34,024 nucleotides of DNA, from the IMG/VR virus record IMGVR_UViG_3300042988_000357, positions 1 through 34,024 of that record; one strand, given 5' to 3'. Below, in pieces: positions 7,700-15,299 of the stretch (positions within the stretch are counted from its first letter, which is position 1; each line of letters starts with the position of its first letter). A program made the position numbers and the translations under genes. The notes under the pieces were generated by a model. That model was not told the origin of the DNA. It ran no database searches and worked only from the letters and a program-made list of their open reading frames with translations. The stretch is from a virus. Lineage: Duplodnaviria > Caudoviricetes.

Positions 7700-7727
7700 A
7701 TGATATGGGAATAAAAATTAAAGTCAA
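7700..7727 (-). promoter_or_regulatory. Leftward (replication) promoter TTGACT-16-TATCAT
   Basis: Near-consensus hexamers on the minus strand, about 140 nt upstream of the initiator. Confidence 0.6.
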
Positions 7728-7744
7728 TATCTTTTTCATTACGA

Positions 7745-7759
7745 GTTTTTCAGAAAAAC
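7745..7759. promoter_or_regulatory. Perfect inverted repeat GTTTTTC-A-GAAAAAC between the divergent promoters (candidate operator)
   Basis: Read directly; function inferred from position only. Confidence 0.4.
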
Positions 7760-7780
7760 CCTGACACTAAAATAATCTTT

Positions 7781-7791
7781 TGTGGTACAAT
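7781..7791 (+). promoter_or_regulatory. Rightward extended -10 promoter TGTGG-TACAAT
   Basis: TGn-TACAAT 36 nt upstream of the first plus-strand gene. Confidence 0.55.
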
Positions 7792-7827
7792 GCGAATGTA
7801 AATTCACATTGACAAAGCGAGGGAAAA

Positions 7828-8160
7828 ATGAGCGAACAAAATGATGCACCATCCAATCCCGCTGAGATTCCGTTTTTCAAGTTTGAAGAAGAGCAAATTT
7901 GTCGGATTGTTTATAACCCCAAAATCAACGTATTCATCGTTGGTCGCCAGTTTGATACCAAAGTCAAAAAGAATTTCTACCACGGCCGCGTGTTCACCGA
8001 CGGAAAAATCGAATTTACAATCACTCGGTTTGTTGAAAGCGAGCTTGAAGGTATCCTCACCAAAGAGCAAGAGGAAGAGCTGAATAAAAAATACCCGCAA
8101 AGCACCGAGCTGCCCGCTGGCGTTGTGCCTGGCGCGGAAGCAGCCGCCTCAAACCCATGA
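7828..8160 (+). CDS. Hypothetical protein (110 aa), first gene of the rightward operon
   Basis: GAGGG RBS; translationally coupled chain leading to terS. Confidence 0.75.
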   Translation: MSEQNDAPSNPAEIPFFKFEEEQICRIVYNPKINVFIVGRQFDTKVKKNFYHGRVFTDGKIEFTITRFVESELEGILTKEQEEELNKKYPQSTELPAGVVPGAEAAASNP

Positions 8161-8261
8161 ATAGAAAAGTTCAAGATGTTTTACTATGGATCTTTTGCTG
8201 GTTTTGTGCGGGACTTTTGCTTGCCGATTTTGCTGTTTTGATAATTGAAGGCGCGAAATGA
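8157..8261 (+). CDS. 34-aa single-pass membrane protein
   Basis: Not in ORF track. MNRKVQDVLLWIFCWFCAGLLLADFAVLIIEGAK; ATGA overlaps at both ends. Confidence 0.7.
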   Translation: MNRKVQDVLLWIFCWFCAGLLLADFAVLIIEGAK

Positions 8262-8740
8262 GCGAAGACGAAATCCCTTCATTGGCTCCAAAGAAATTCA
8301 TAGGTTTTGGACGCCCGCCTATTTACAACTCACCAGAAGAAATGCAGGCTAAGATCGAGGAATACTTTAAAAATTGCCCAGACATGGTTCGGCATCATAC
8401 GAAATTAGGGCATGTCGTTGAGATCCCAGTCATAACCATAAGCGGCCTGGTGCTTTACCTTGGATTTTGTGATAGGCAATCGTTTTATGATTATGAAAAA
8501 AAGCCAGACTTTTCTTGCACCATAAAAAGAGCGCGAACTTTTATCGAAATGGAATATGAGCATTTGCTTCGCACTCAGTCATCGACGGGCGCAATTTTCG
8601 CTCTCAAGAATTTTGGATGGGTTGATAAATCTGAATTGGACATGAATGCGAAAGTCACAAAGATGCCGACCATAACCAAGAATGGAAAGAAGGCGGTTTT
8701 TAATGTAGGGGAGCCGCTGCCAGAAGACTCCGATGATTAA
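8258..8740 (+). CDS. terS: Terminase small subunit (P22 gp3-like)
   Basis: GRP..Y.S.EE...IEEYF, TISGL.LYLG, GAIFALKN.GW.DK.E motifs; directly upstream of TerL. Confidence 0.88.
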   Translation: MSEDEIPSLAPKKFIGFGRPPIYNSPEEMQAKIEEYFKNCPDMVRHHTKLGHVVEIPVITISGLVLYLGFCDRQSFYDYEKKPDFSCTIKRARTFIEMEYEHLLRTQSSTGAIFALKNFGWVDKSELDMNAKVTKMPTITKNGKKAVFNVGEPLPEDSDD

Positions 8741-10076
8741 CGAAGACGATCAGATTGTTTTCCCTACCCTTTTAGACTTACCAGATAAACTTGCCTGCTT
8801 AATCGATCCCGACGTTTTCAATGCTTACGATGTTTTTATCATCGACGGCGGGCGCGGATCAGCAAAGACTCAATCAGTCGGGCGCGTAATTCTTTACATT
8901 TGCGAGAAAAACAAGGTGCGCTGCATTGGCGCTAGAGAACTACAGACGTCCATAGAGGACTCTGTGTACACCGTTCTCACGGATTTGATCGTGCGCAATG
9001 AGCTGAATTTTGAAACTCCAAAGACACGATTGCGGCACCGAGAAAGCGATTCAACGATTGGATTCAAGGGATTGCGCGAGCAGGGAATTGTGAGCGTGAA
9101 AGGTCTTGAAGGCGTTGACATCGTTTGGGTCGATGAAGCTCAGACTTTAACGAAGCTGTCGCTCGATACGCTGATGCCGACCATCCGTAAAAACAACGCG
9201 AAGATCTTTTTTACCATGAATCGATTCGTGCGCGAAGATGCGGTGATGGCGCTGGTTGGTGGGAAGCGCGTTCTGCATATCCACATCGATTACTTTGAAA
9301 ACAAACATTGCCCGCAGCGGTTGATCGACCAGGCCAATGATTGCAAGAAAAAGAGCATGAAGGATTATAACCATATTTGGCTCGGCCAGCCGCTCGATCA
9401 GGCCGAGGATTTTCTTTTCAATTTCTCGAAGCTCGCAGATTGCCGCACCATTGAAGCTATTGGGGATTTGCCAGTTGGCGCGAGCGTTCTTGCGATTGAC
9501 TTTGCATCGGGCGGCGGGGATTTATGTGTCGCGTCCGAGCTGAAAAGAATGTCGATGACGCACTGGGAGCTGAAAGACCAGATTGCTTGGGATGATCCTG
9601 ACACGAATGCCAGCGTGGGAAGGTCGATTGCGCTTTATGGGCAAAAAAGGCCAGACCTGTTTCTTGTGGATAAAGGCGGTTTGGGGTATCCGATGTTCAT
9701 GGCAATCTCGCTGGCCGTTCCGAACGTGATAGGATTTGACGGATCTGAAACAGACATGTGTTCACCGAACGCTGGAAATCATCGAGCGGAAGGCTATTTG
9801 CTTTTCAATGAGTGGGTCAACAATGGCTGGATTCGCATAACAAGCGATCTGACGATCAAGCAATGCGAAACGATCCGCAAAAAATACAAGGCGAATGGAA
9901 AGATATTTATGAAATCGAAGGAAGAGCAGCGCAAAGACGGCGTTGAATCACAGGATCGCGCTGATTCGGTTATGCAGGCGATCTTTGGGATCGTTAAGTT
10001 TTTGGGGAAGGTAACTTATTCTGACAAACCCATTGGAATGCGTATTCAGCGCACGAATTCAAGGAAGGCCATTTGA
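8733..10076 (+). CDS. terL: Terminase large subunit
   Basis: Walker A GGRGSAKT, RELQTSI.DSV, Walker B WVDEAQ, PTIRK, Y.HIWLG.P; RNase H acidic residues IDFA..GD, VD.GGLG, DRAD. Confidence 0.95.
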   Translation: MINEDDQIVFPTLLDLPDKLACLIDPDVFNAYDVFIIDGGRGSAKTQSVGRVILYICEKNKVRCIGARELQTSIEDSVYTVLTDLIVRNELNFETPKTRLRHRESDSTIGFKGLREQGIVSVKGLEGVDIVWVDEAQTLTKLSLDTLMPTIRKNNAKIFFTMNRFVREDAVMALVGGKRVLHIHIDYFENKHCPQRLIDQANDCKKKSMKDYNHIWLGQPLDQAEDFLFNFSKLADCRTIEAIGDLPVGASVLAIDFASGGGDLCVASELKRMSMTHWELKDQIAWDDPDTNASVGRSIALYGQKRPDLFLVDKGGLGYPMFMAISLAVPNVIGFDGSETDMCSPNAGNHRAEGYLLFNEWVNNGWIRITSDLTIKQCETIRKKYKANGKIFMKSKEEQRKDGVESQDRADSVMQAIFGIVKFLGKVTYSDKPIGMRIQRTNSRKAI

Positions 10077-10459
10077 TTTATTACGTTTGTTTTGATTTTG
10101 TTGCGATGCGTGATTTTAAATATAAATGCGATTTTCAAACGCGGTTGTTTGGACATGCGTGGTTGATCGCGCCGATCGATTCTGAGAACTGCGTGATCTT
10201 GGATAAAACGACATCGGGATTTATTTTTAAACACTTTTCATGCAAAGCTATTGACCTCGCGAAGAAATTGGTAGAGAATGCGTGTGAAGTTTATGAGGTT
10301 CCTGTAAAAAGAATCAGCAATCGCGTTCCAGAGTTTTTTACTTGCACTGGATTCGTAAAAAAGGTTTTGAATATAAAATCTTTTTGGATTCTGACTCCGA
10401 AACAACTTAGGAGATACATACATGGGCGGCACCCCGTCGTACGAACAACCAGCGATTGA
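10073..10459 (+). CDS. Putative permuted papain-like (NlpC/P60, YaeF/YiiX-type) protein
   Basis: His before Cys: FGHAWL...TCTGFVKKVL.I...ILTPKQL; TTG start uncertain. Confidence 0.5.
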   Translation: MIYYVCFDFVAMRDFKYKCDFQTRLFGHAWLIAPIDSENCVILDKTTSGFIFKHFSCKAIDLAKKLVENACEVYEVPVKRISNRVPEFFTCTGFVKKVLNIKSFWILTPKQLRRYIHGRHPVVRTTSD

Positions 10460-10592
10460 AAACGGCCTCGAAGAAGATAAGAAGAAAGCAAAGAAGCTCC
10501 GCAGCGCATTGCTTGAAACTCCTGGAGGAATAGGTGGGGAAGAGGTAATGGGTGGAGGAACAAAAGAACGCACGACCTTGTTTGGCAACTAA
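10422..10592 (+). CDS. 56-aa small virion/assembly protein (T7 gp7.3-like position)
   Basis: Not in ORF track. AGGAG RBS; MGGTPSYEQP...KKAKKLRSALLETPGG...TTLFGN, typical of the pre-portal gene in podoviruses. Confidence 0.75.
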   Translation: MGGTPSYEQPAIENGLEEDKKKAKKLRSALLETPGGIGGEEVMGGGTKERTTLFGN

Positions 10593-10594
10593 CG

Positions 10595-11080
10595 ATGAAA
10601 AAGATAAAGCTCACCAAGGACAAGTTTGCGATCGTTGATGATAATGATTTCCAATATCTCAATCAATTTCGTTGGTATTTTTCCACAAGCGGTTATGCAA
10701 CAAGAGACGTTTGGTGCAAGCTAACGCGCACAAAAAATAAAATTAGAATGCACCGCGAAATCCTTGGTCTAAAAAAAGAAGATAATGACCGCGTAGATCA
10801 TGTCGATGGTGATAAGCTCGATAATAGAAAATTAAATCTAAGGCGCTGTTCACATGCGCAGAATTGTCAAAATCGCCCCAAGCAATCAAATAACACGTCA
10901 GGATATAAGGGCGTTTACTTCCACAAGCAAACAAAAAGATGGAACGCTAAAATAGGGAAAAGGCCATCTAAGAGCCTTGGTCTATTTGTCGTTAAGGAAG
11001 AAGCAGCGCGAGCGTATGACGAAGAGGCAAAGAATAGATATGGTGAGTTTGCTAACTTAAATTTTGGGAGCTGCAACTAA
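10595..11080 (+). CDS. Free-standing HNH endonuclease with C-terminal AP2 domain
   Basis: MHREI...VDH.DGDKLDNR..NLR...QN..N; NNTSGYKGV..W.A.I...LG.F...EEAARAYD......GEFA.LNF. Confidence 0.95.
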   Translation: MKKIKLTKDKFAIVDDNDFQYLNQFRWYFSTSGYATRDVWCKLTRTKNKIRMHREILGLKKEDNDRVDHVDGDKLDNRKLNLRRCSHAQNCQNRPKQSNNTSGYKGVYFHKQTKRWNAKIGKRPSKSLGLFVVKEEAARAYDEEAKNRYGEFANLNFGSCN

Positions 11081-12858
11081 TGTCAAGGCGCAAGTTTGAT
11101 AACTTGAAAGGGCTTTACGACGAATTGATTTCTGCGCGAGCAGAATACGAACCGATTTGGTTTGATATTTCGCGCTACGTTGGAATATCTGTCTCACCAG
11201 AATACACTCACTCGCGCCAGCCAAAAGGCCAAGAGCGCGATCAGTACGTTGACGATCCGACCGCAGCGCTTTCAGTGAACCAGGCCGCTGATTATCTGCA
11301 AGGCATTTTTTGGGGAACGGGCGAAGACGCGCTATCTCTTGAGCCTGCTGACTGGGTGCTGCAACGCTCCGACCGAACTTACCTCTGCGATTATTTTAAA
11401 TTTAGAACTGACCAGCTGCTTAACAACATGAATCACTCCGAGAGCGGATTGAATTCAGCGATGAAATGTTTTTTCCCAGACCAGGTTGCATTCGGAAATT
11501 CTGGCATCGGCGCATTCAAAAATTCAGAGTTTGAGAACGGCCGCGAAGAGACGCCATATATTTTTAGATCCTACGGAGTTGACAATACCGCGATTGATGA
11601 AGGCCGCAACGGATTGGTTGAAGTTATTTTTGTTACGCACCAGTGGCGCGTGAGCAGAATCGTTTCAGAGTTTGAAGAAGTTTTTGATGATCTCCCGAAA
11701 GTAATCAAAGAGGCATACGCAAATAATAAGCTGAACGAAGAGTTCACGATTATCCAAGCTGTCTATCCGCGTGAAGATTTCCAGCCGCACTTGAAAGGTA
11801 AGCGCGGCGCGAAATATAAAGGTTCTTGGTTTATGAAAGACGACTCCAAGAAAGTATTTTTCGAGGAAGATTACCGCAAGAAGCCGATTGCATTCGCTCG
11901 CGCAATCAAGATACGCGGTGAGATTTGGGGGCGCAGCTCTGGGACAATTTTGATTAACTCGATCAAGGCCGTGAATTATATGTTCTCAAAGACGGTCGAG
12001 ATCCTCGAGAAGATGGCATCGCCGTCGCTTGGGATTTGGAATAATTCATTGTTTGGAGATTCTGCGCTTGATACGTCGGCCGATGGTCTTGTCGTTTTCA
12101 ATCAAGCGATGATGGGCAATGCTCAGACGCCAGTGTTCCCGATCCATGACGTCGGAAATCCCGAGGGAATTATCAAGGTTCTTCTGCCGTATTTGAACGA
12201 CAAGATCGCGACTGGGTTCAAGATCGACGTGCTTCTTGATTTTTCAGGCGCTAAAGAAATGACAGCCCGCGAGTCGATGATGCGCTACAACATTCGCGGC
12301 CGCAGCTTATCTGGGATCTTGCAGCAAATTAAGATCGAAGAAGGCGAGCCGCTTGTTCACCGCTGCATTCAGCTTGAAGATGACATGGGGCTTGCTGGCG
12401 TTGATCCTTATGCTGACGAAGGGCTGGCCAAACTTGCGAAGGCGGCGAACAACGCGAAGGTAATTATCCCCGATATTGTTTTGCAGGCCATGAAGGAAGG
12501 GCGGCAATGGTATAAAATAAAATGGAATAACGAGCTTGATCGCCTCTCAAAAACTCAAGCAATGGAGCGCGTCATCCAAGCCGTGAACGCCATTTTATTG
12601 ATTGGTAGCGCATTCCCGACGATTATCGAGGCCGTGAAGTGGTATGACATTTGGCGCGATGTGAATAAATATCTCGGCGTGGATTACATCAAAGACGAAA
12701 AAGAGTTCGAGGCAATTATTAAAAAACAAATTGAAATGAGGGAGGGCATGATGCAGATCGAAGCCATGAAAGCTGGCGCTACGATTGGGAAAGATACTGC
12801 ATCGGCTAAGAAAAATGCAGCAGAATCAAAATCAATCAACAGCGGAGCGGCTGCTTAA
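11080..12858 (+). CDS. Portal protein (T7 gp8/BPP-1-type head-tail connector)
   Basis: 592 aa; W..I..Y, D.TA, FGN, GE.WGRS, MTA.E..R motifs; position in the head module. Confidence 0.9.
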   Translation: MSRRKFDNLKGLYDELISARAEYEPIWFDISRYVGISVSPEYTHSRQPKGQERDQYVDDPTAALSVNQAADYLQGIFWGTGEDALSLEPADWVLQRSDRTYLCDYFKFRTDQLLNNMNHSESGLNSAMKCFFPDQVAFGNSGIGAFKNSEFENGREETPYIFRSYGVDNTAIDEGRNGLVEVIFVTHQWRVSRIVSEFEEVFDDLPKVIKEAYANNKLNEEFTIIQAVYPREDFQPHLKGKRGAKYKGSWFMKDDSKKVFFEEDYRKKPIAFARAIKIRGEIWGRSSGTILINSIKAVNYMFSKTVEILEKMASPSLGIWNNSLFGDSALDTSADGLVVFNQAMMGNAQTPVFPIHDVGNPEGIIKVLLPYLNDKIATGFKIDVLLDFSGAKEMTARESMMRYNIRGRSLSGILQQIKIEEGEPLVHRCIQLEDDMGLAGVDPYADEGLAKLAKAANNAKVIIPDIVLQAMKEGRQWYKIKWNNELDRLSKTQAMERVIQAVNAILLIGSAFPTIIEAVKWYDIWRDVNKYLGVDYIKDEKEFEAIIKKQIEMREGMMQIEAMKAGATIGKDTASAKKNAAESKSINSGAAA

Positions 12859-13126
12859 AAAAGCTCAAGAGTCTGCGGATCGTCAAGCTCTCTCAAAAGA
12901 AGAATTTGCTGAATTAAAGAAAGCCTGTCGTGCTATATTCACGACGAAATACGGGCAGATCGTTGCTCGGACAATGATGCGAGTAAGCGGAATTTATACG
13001 GTTCCGAAAAACTCGAACAATCTTGTGGCGATGGGCGAAGAGCGCGGCCGCGAGTTCATGTATTTGTTTTTCGTGAAGTCGATGCTGAGTTCTGAATCGA
13101 TCCAACTAATTGAAAAAGGAGATTGA
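12815..13126 (+). CDS. Bbp19-like head-associated protein
   Basis: IFTT.YG..V...M...G pattern; between portal and scaffold; start uncertain (44-nt overlap with portal). Confidence 0.55.
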   Translation: MQQNQNQSTAERLLKKAQESADRQALSKEEFAELKKACRAIFTTKYGQIVARTMMRVSGIYTVPKNSNNLVAMGEERGREFMYLFFVKSMLSSESIQLIEKGD

Positions 13127-13130
13127 AACC

Positions 13131-14048
13131 ATGCCTGACCAACTCACACCAGATCAATTTACCAGCCCAGACCAATTCCATGACGCCGCGAATTTGGCGC
13201 TTGAGTCATACGAAAAGGAAACCGATGACTCGAAGAAGGGTGGATATTTAAAGAGCGCCCGCGAATACACCTCGAAAGCGAAAGAGCTTTACTCGAAAGA
13301 AAAGGAAGCGGCCGCGAAAGGCAAGCAGTTTGCAATCCCCGAAACGTACAAAACAAAGCCGTGGGCGGCAAAGATCAAGAGCGAAGAGGATCTTTATAAG
13401 CAGATTGACAGCCTCGATGCTACGGTCGGGAAGAAAGACGTGCCTTTTGATTATGAAGGGAAGACGCCCGATGAAATCAAGCAGCACTTTGACGCTCGGC
13501 GTCCCGCGAAGCCAGACGATTACAAAATCGGGAAAGACACCGATGACAAGACGGTCGTTTCCACAATGAAAACGATCTTCTATGAAGCTGGGCTTGACCA
13601 ATACCAGGCGCATACAGCTCTTGAGAAGCTGCGCGGGTTTGAGGAAAGCCAGAAGGCAAAGCTATTTGACGCCGATGAATACAATGTGATCCTCGAGAAA
13701 GCGTTCGGGAAGGAGTTCAAGAAAGAAGCTGGCCTTTCGTCGAATGTTTTAAAGCAGCACGTCACGAAAGACGAGCAAGAATTCTTTGACAAGAATTTTC
13801 CGAATGAGCATGCGGCCTTTGTTCATAAGCTGGTGAACCGAATCGCGAAGAAATACGGGATTACCGAAAGCGACAAGGGCGTCGGCGGCGGCAAGGGTGG
13901 CTCTGGTAAAGGCGGCGAAGATGCAGTTACTTCGCGCAAGGCTGAGATCAGAAAGCAGCTCAATGAAATTGCCAAGCGGCCTCACACTCAGGCAGAGAAA
14001 GGGAAATTGATTGCCGAGCTTACCGAGCTGAATCGGACAAAGAAATAA
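13131..14048 (+). CDS. Capsid scaffolding protein
   Basis: AAGGAG RBS; charged helical protein with IPE.Y..K.W, RP.KPDDY and GL..Q motifs; position. Confidence 0.75.
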   Translation: MPDQLTPDQFTSPDQFHDAANLALESYEKETDDSKKGGYLKSAREYTSKAKELYSKEKEAAAKGKQFAIPETYKTKPWAAKIKSEEDLYKQIDSLDATVGKKDVPFDYEGKTPDEIKQHFDARRPAKPDDYKIGKDTDDKTVVSTMKTIFYEAGLDQYQAHTALEKLRGFEESQKAKLFDADEYNVILEKAFGKEFKKEAGLSSNVLKQHVTKDEQEFFDKNFPNEHAAFVHKLVNRIAKKYGITESDKGVGGGKGGSGKGGEDAVTSRKAEIRKQLNEIAKRPHTQAEKGKLIAELTELNRTKK

Positions 14049-14206
14049 TGGGCGCGGCCAAGATTAAAGCGCAGCGCAGGGAAGAGCTTCGCCAGGGAAA
14101 GATTGATTTTGATCGAACGATCGAAACGATCCGAGCGCTGATGAAGATTTCTGACTGGCGTTTCCGTCTTAAATTCGCATGGCAATGCTTCTTCAAAACT
14201 CTTTAA
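14048..14206 (+). CDS. 52-aa basic hypothetical protein
   Basis: Not in ORF track. TAATG-coupled; MGAAKIKAQRREELRQ...WRFRLKFAWQCFFKTL. Confidence 0.65.
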   Translation: MGAAKIKAQRREELRQGKIDFDRTIETIRALMKISDWRFRLKFAWQCFFKTL

Positions 14207-14213
14207 GGAACAA

Positions 14214-14477
14214 ATGAATATAAAACCATTATGGAACCAAGTTCTTTTTCGGATTATCAAGGCGGACAGAACCGAGGGCGGGCTGCATTTGCCTGAGTCT
14301 GCGAAGATGGAGCGCGGCTGCAAGGTTGTTGAAATCGGGGATGATGTGAAGCGCGTCAAGAAAGGCGACACAATCATTTTTAAATCAAAAGAGCTGGCCA
14401 ACGTCAAAGACGACAATGGAGACTTGACCGATTTGTATTTGCTTCCAGAGACAGACATTATCGCAATCAAAAAGTAA
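14214..14477 (+). CDS. groES: GroES/Cpn10-like co-chaperonin
   Basis: MNIKPL..QV, mobile loop TEGGLHLPESAK, VV.IG, VKKGD.I.F, L..E.DIIA. Confidence 0.88.
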   Translation: MNIKPLWNQVLFRIIKADRTEGGLHLPESAKMERGCKVVEIGDDVKRVKKGDTIIFKSKELANVKDDNGDLTDLYLLPETDIIAIKK

Positions 14478-14491
14478 AAGGAGAAATTGAA

Positions 14492-15124
14492 ATGAAAAAG
14501 GTTACATGCAGCGGCAACTTCCGAACGAACCCGTCAACCGATCGCAACAGCCATGACTTTACGAATGTCATCGTGGTTATTCCTGACTGTCCTGATGAAT
14601 TTGTAATCCAGCACACCATGAGAATGTTCCCGATCGCGAAGCTGTCAAACAAAAGCCTCGAGGGGAAAAGTTATCACGGCCTGATTAAAATCTACGTTGA
14701 CGCGGTTGAAGACGTTGAAGGCCAGCCCGATTGCTGCGGGAAGAACATTAAAGACATGACCTGGGAAGAGCTTCAAAGCCTTGCCTGCATGCTGAATATC
14801 CGCGAGATCCCGCTGTATCGCCAGGGTTCGCTTCGCGCCGCTCAAGAAAAAGCCTATGAAATGTATCAGGGCAAGATCCTTAAAAAGCGGGTATTTCGCC
14901 AGCCGCGTGATATTTCAAACTTCAAAGAGACGATGCGCCGCAATCTTGAGGCGATGATGTTGACTCAAGATGAAATCGAAAATCGTGTCCGTGAAGAAGT
15001 CGCGAAAAGTTTTAACATGATTGTGAATCCGAGCAATCCGAACGAGTCATACAACTTCTCAAAATGCGAAGATATAATTATTCCTAAAGTTGGTGTTGAC
15101 AGCGGGAAGAAAGTCAAAGTATAA
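14492..15124 (+). CDS. Hypothetical protein (210 aa) with a possible helix-extension-helix motif
   Basis: AAAGGAG RBS; IKDMTWEELQSLACMLNI resembles SAP/Rho-N helices. Confidence 0.7.
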   Translation: MKKVTCSGNFRTNPSTDRNSHDFTNVIVVIPDCPDEFVIQHTMRMFPIAKLSNKSLEGKSYHGLIKIYVDAVEDVEGQPDCCGKNIKDMTWEELQSLACMLNIREIPLYRQGSLRAAQEKAYEMYQGKILKKRVFRQPRDISNFKETMRRNLEAMMLTQDEIENRVREEVAKSFNMIVNPSNPNESYNFSKCEDIIIPKVGVDSGKKVKV

Positions 15125-15125
15125 T

Positions 15126-15258
15126 TTGGACAAATTGAGAGAGACCAAGAACAGCTTGGACACTCTGCACTCCTTAGTGCAGACCCAAAGCGAAAGTCTT
15201 GCGGCACCGAGGCCGCAAAAAGAAGCCCCGAGAAATCGGATACGTTTCTTAGTTTCGT
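15126..15258 (+). promoter_or_regulatory. Structured RNA leader of the major capsid gene
   Basis: Stems TCTGCACT/AGTGCAGA, TTGCGGC/GCCGCAA, CCGA-GAAA-TCGG, AAGAAGC/GTTTCTT, CGAAA/TTTCG. Confidence 0.7.
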
Positions 15259-15299
15259 TTTGTATCTGTAACGCAATCTTTAACTAGGGAGTGAATCAA

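Noticed and set aside
10595-11080. Group I intron around the HNH gene
   Set aside because: No non-coding flanks to form a ribozyme core, and both neighbouring genes are intact
12808-12858. Programmed frameshift fusing portal and Bbp19-like ORF at AAGAAAAAT
   Set aside because: No canonical slippery heptamer or stimulatory structure; an in-frame ATG at 12815 explains the overlap
6203-15275. TGTAACG at three regulatory sites (6203, 7692, 15267) as a shared operator
   Set aside because: A 7-mer is expected about 4 times by chance and it also occurs in coding DNA (28562, 31133); not supportable without binding data
15090-15287. 65-aa ORF across the capsid leader
   Set aside because: TTG start inside the upstream gene, no RBS; region better explained as structured RNA
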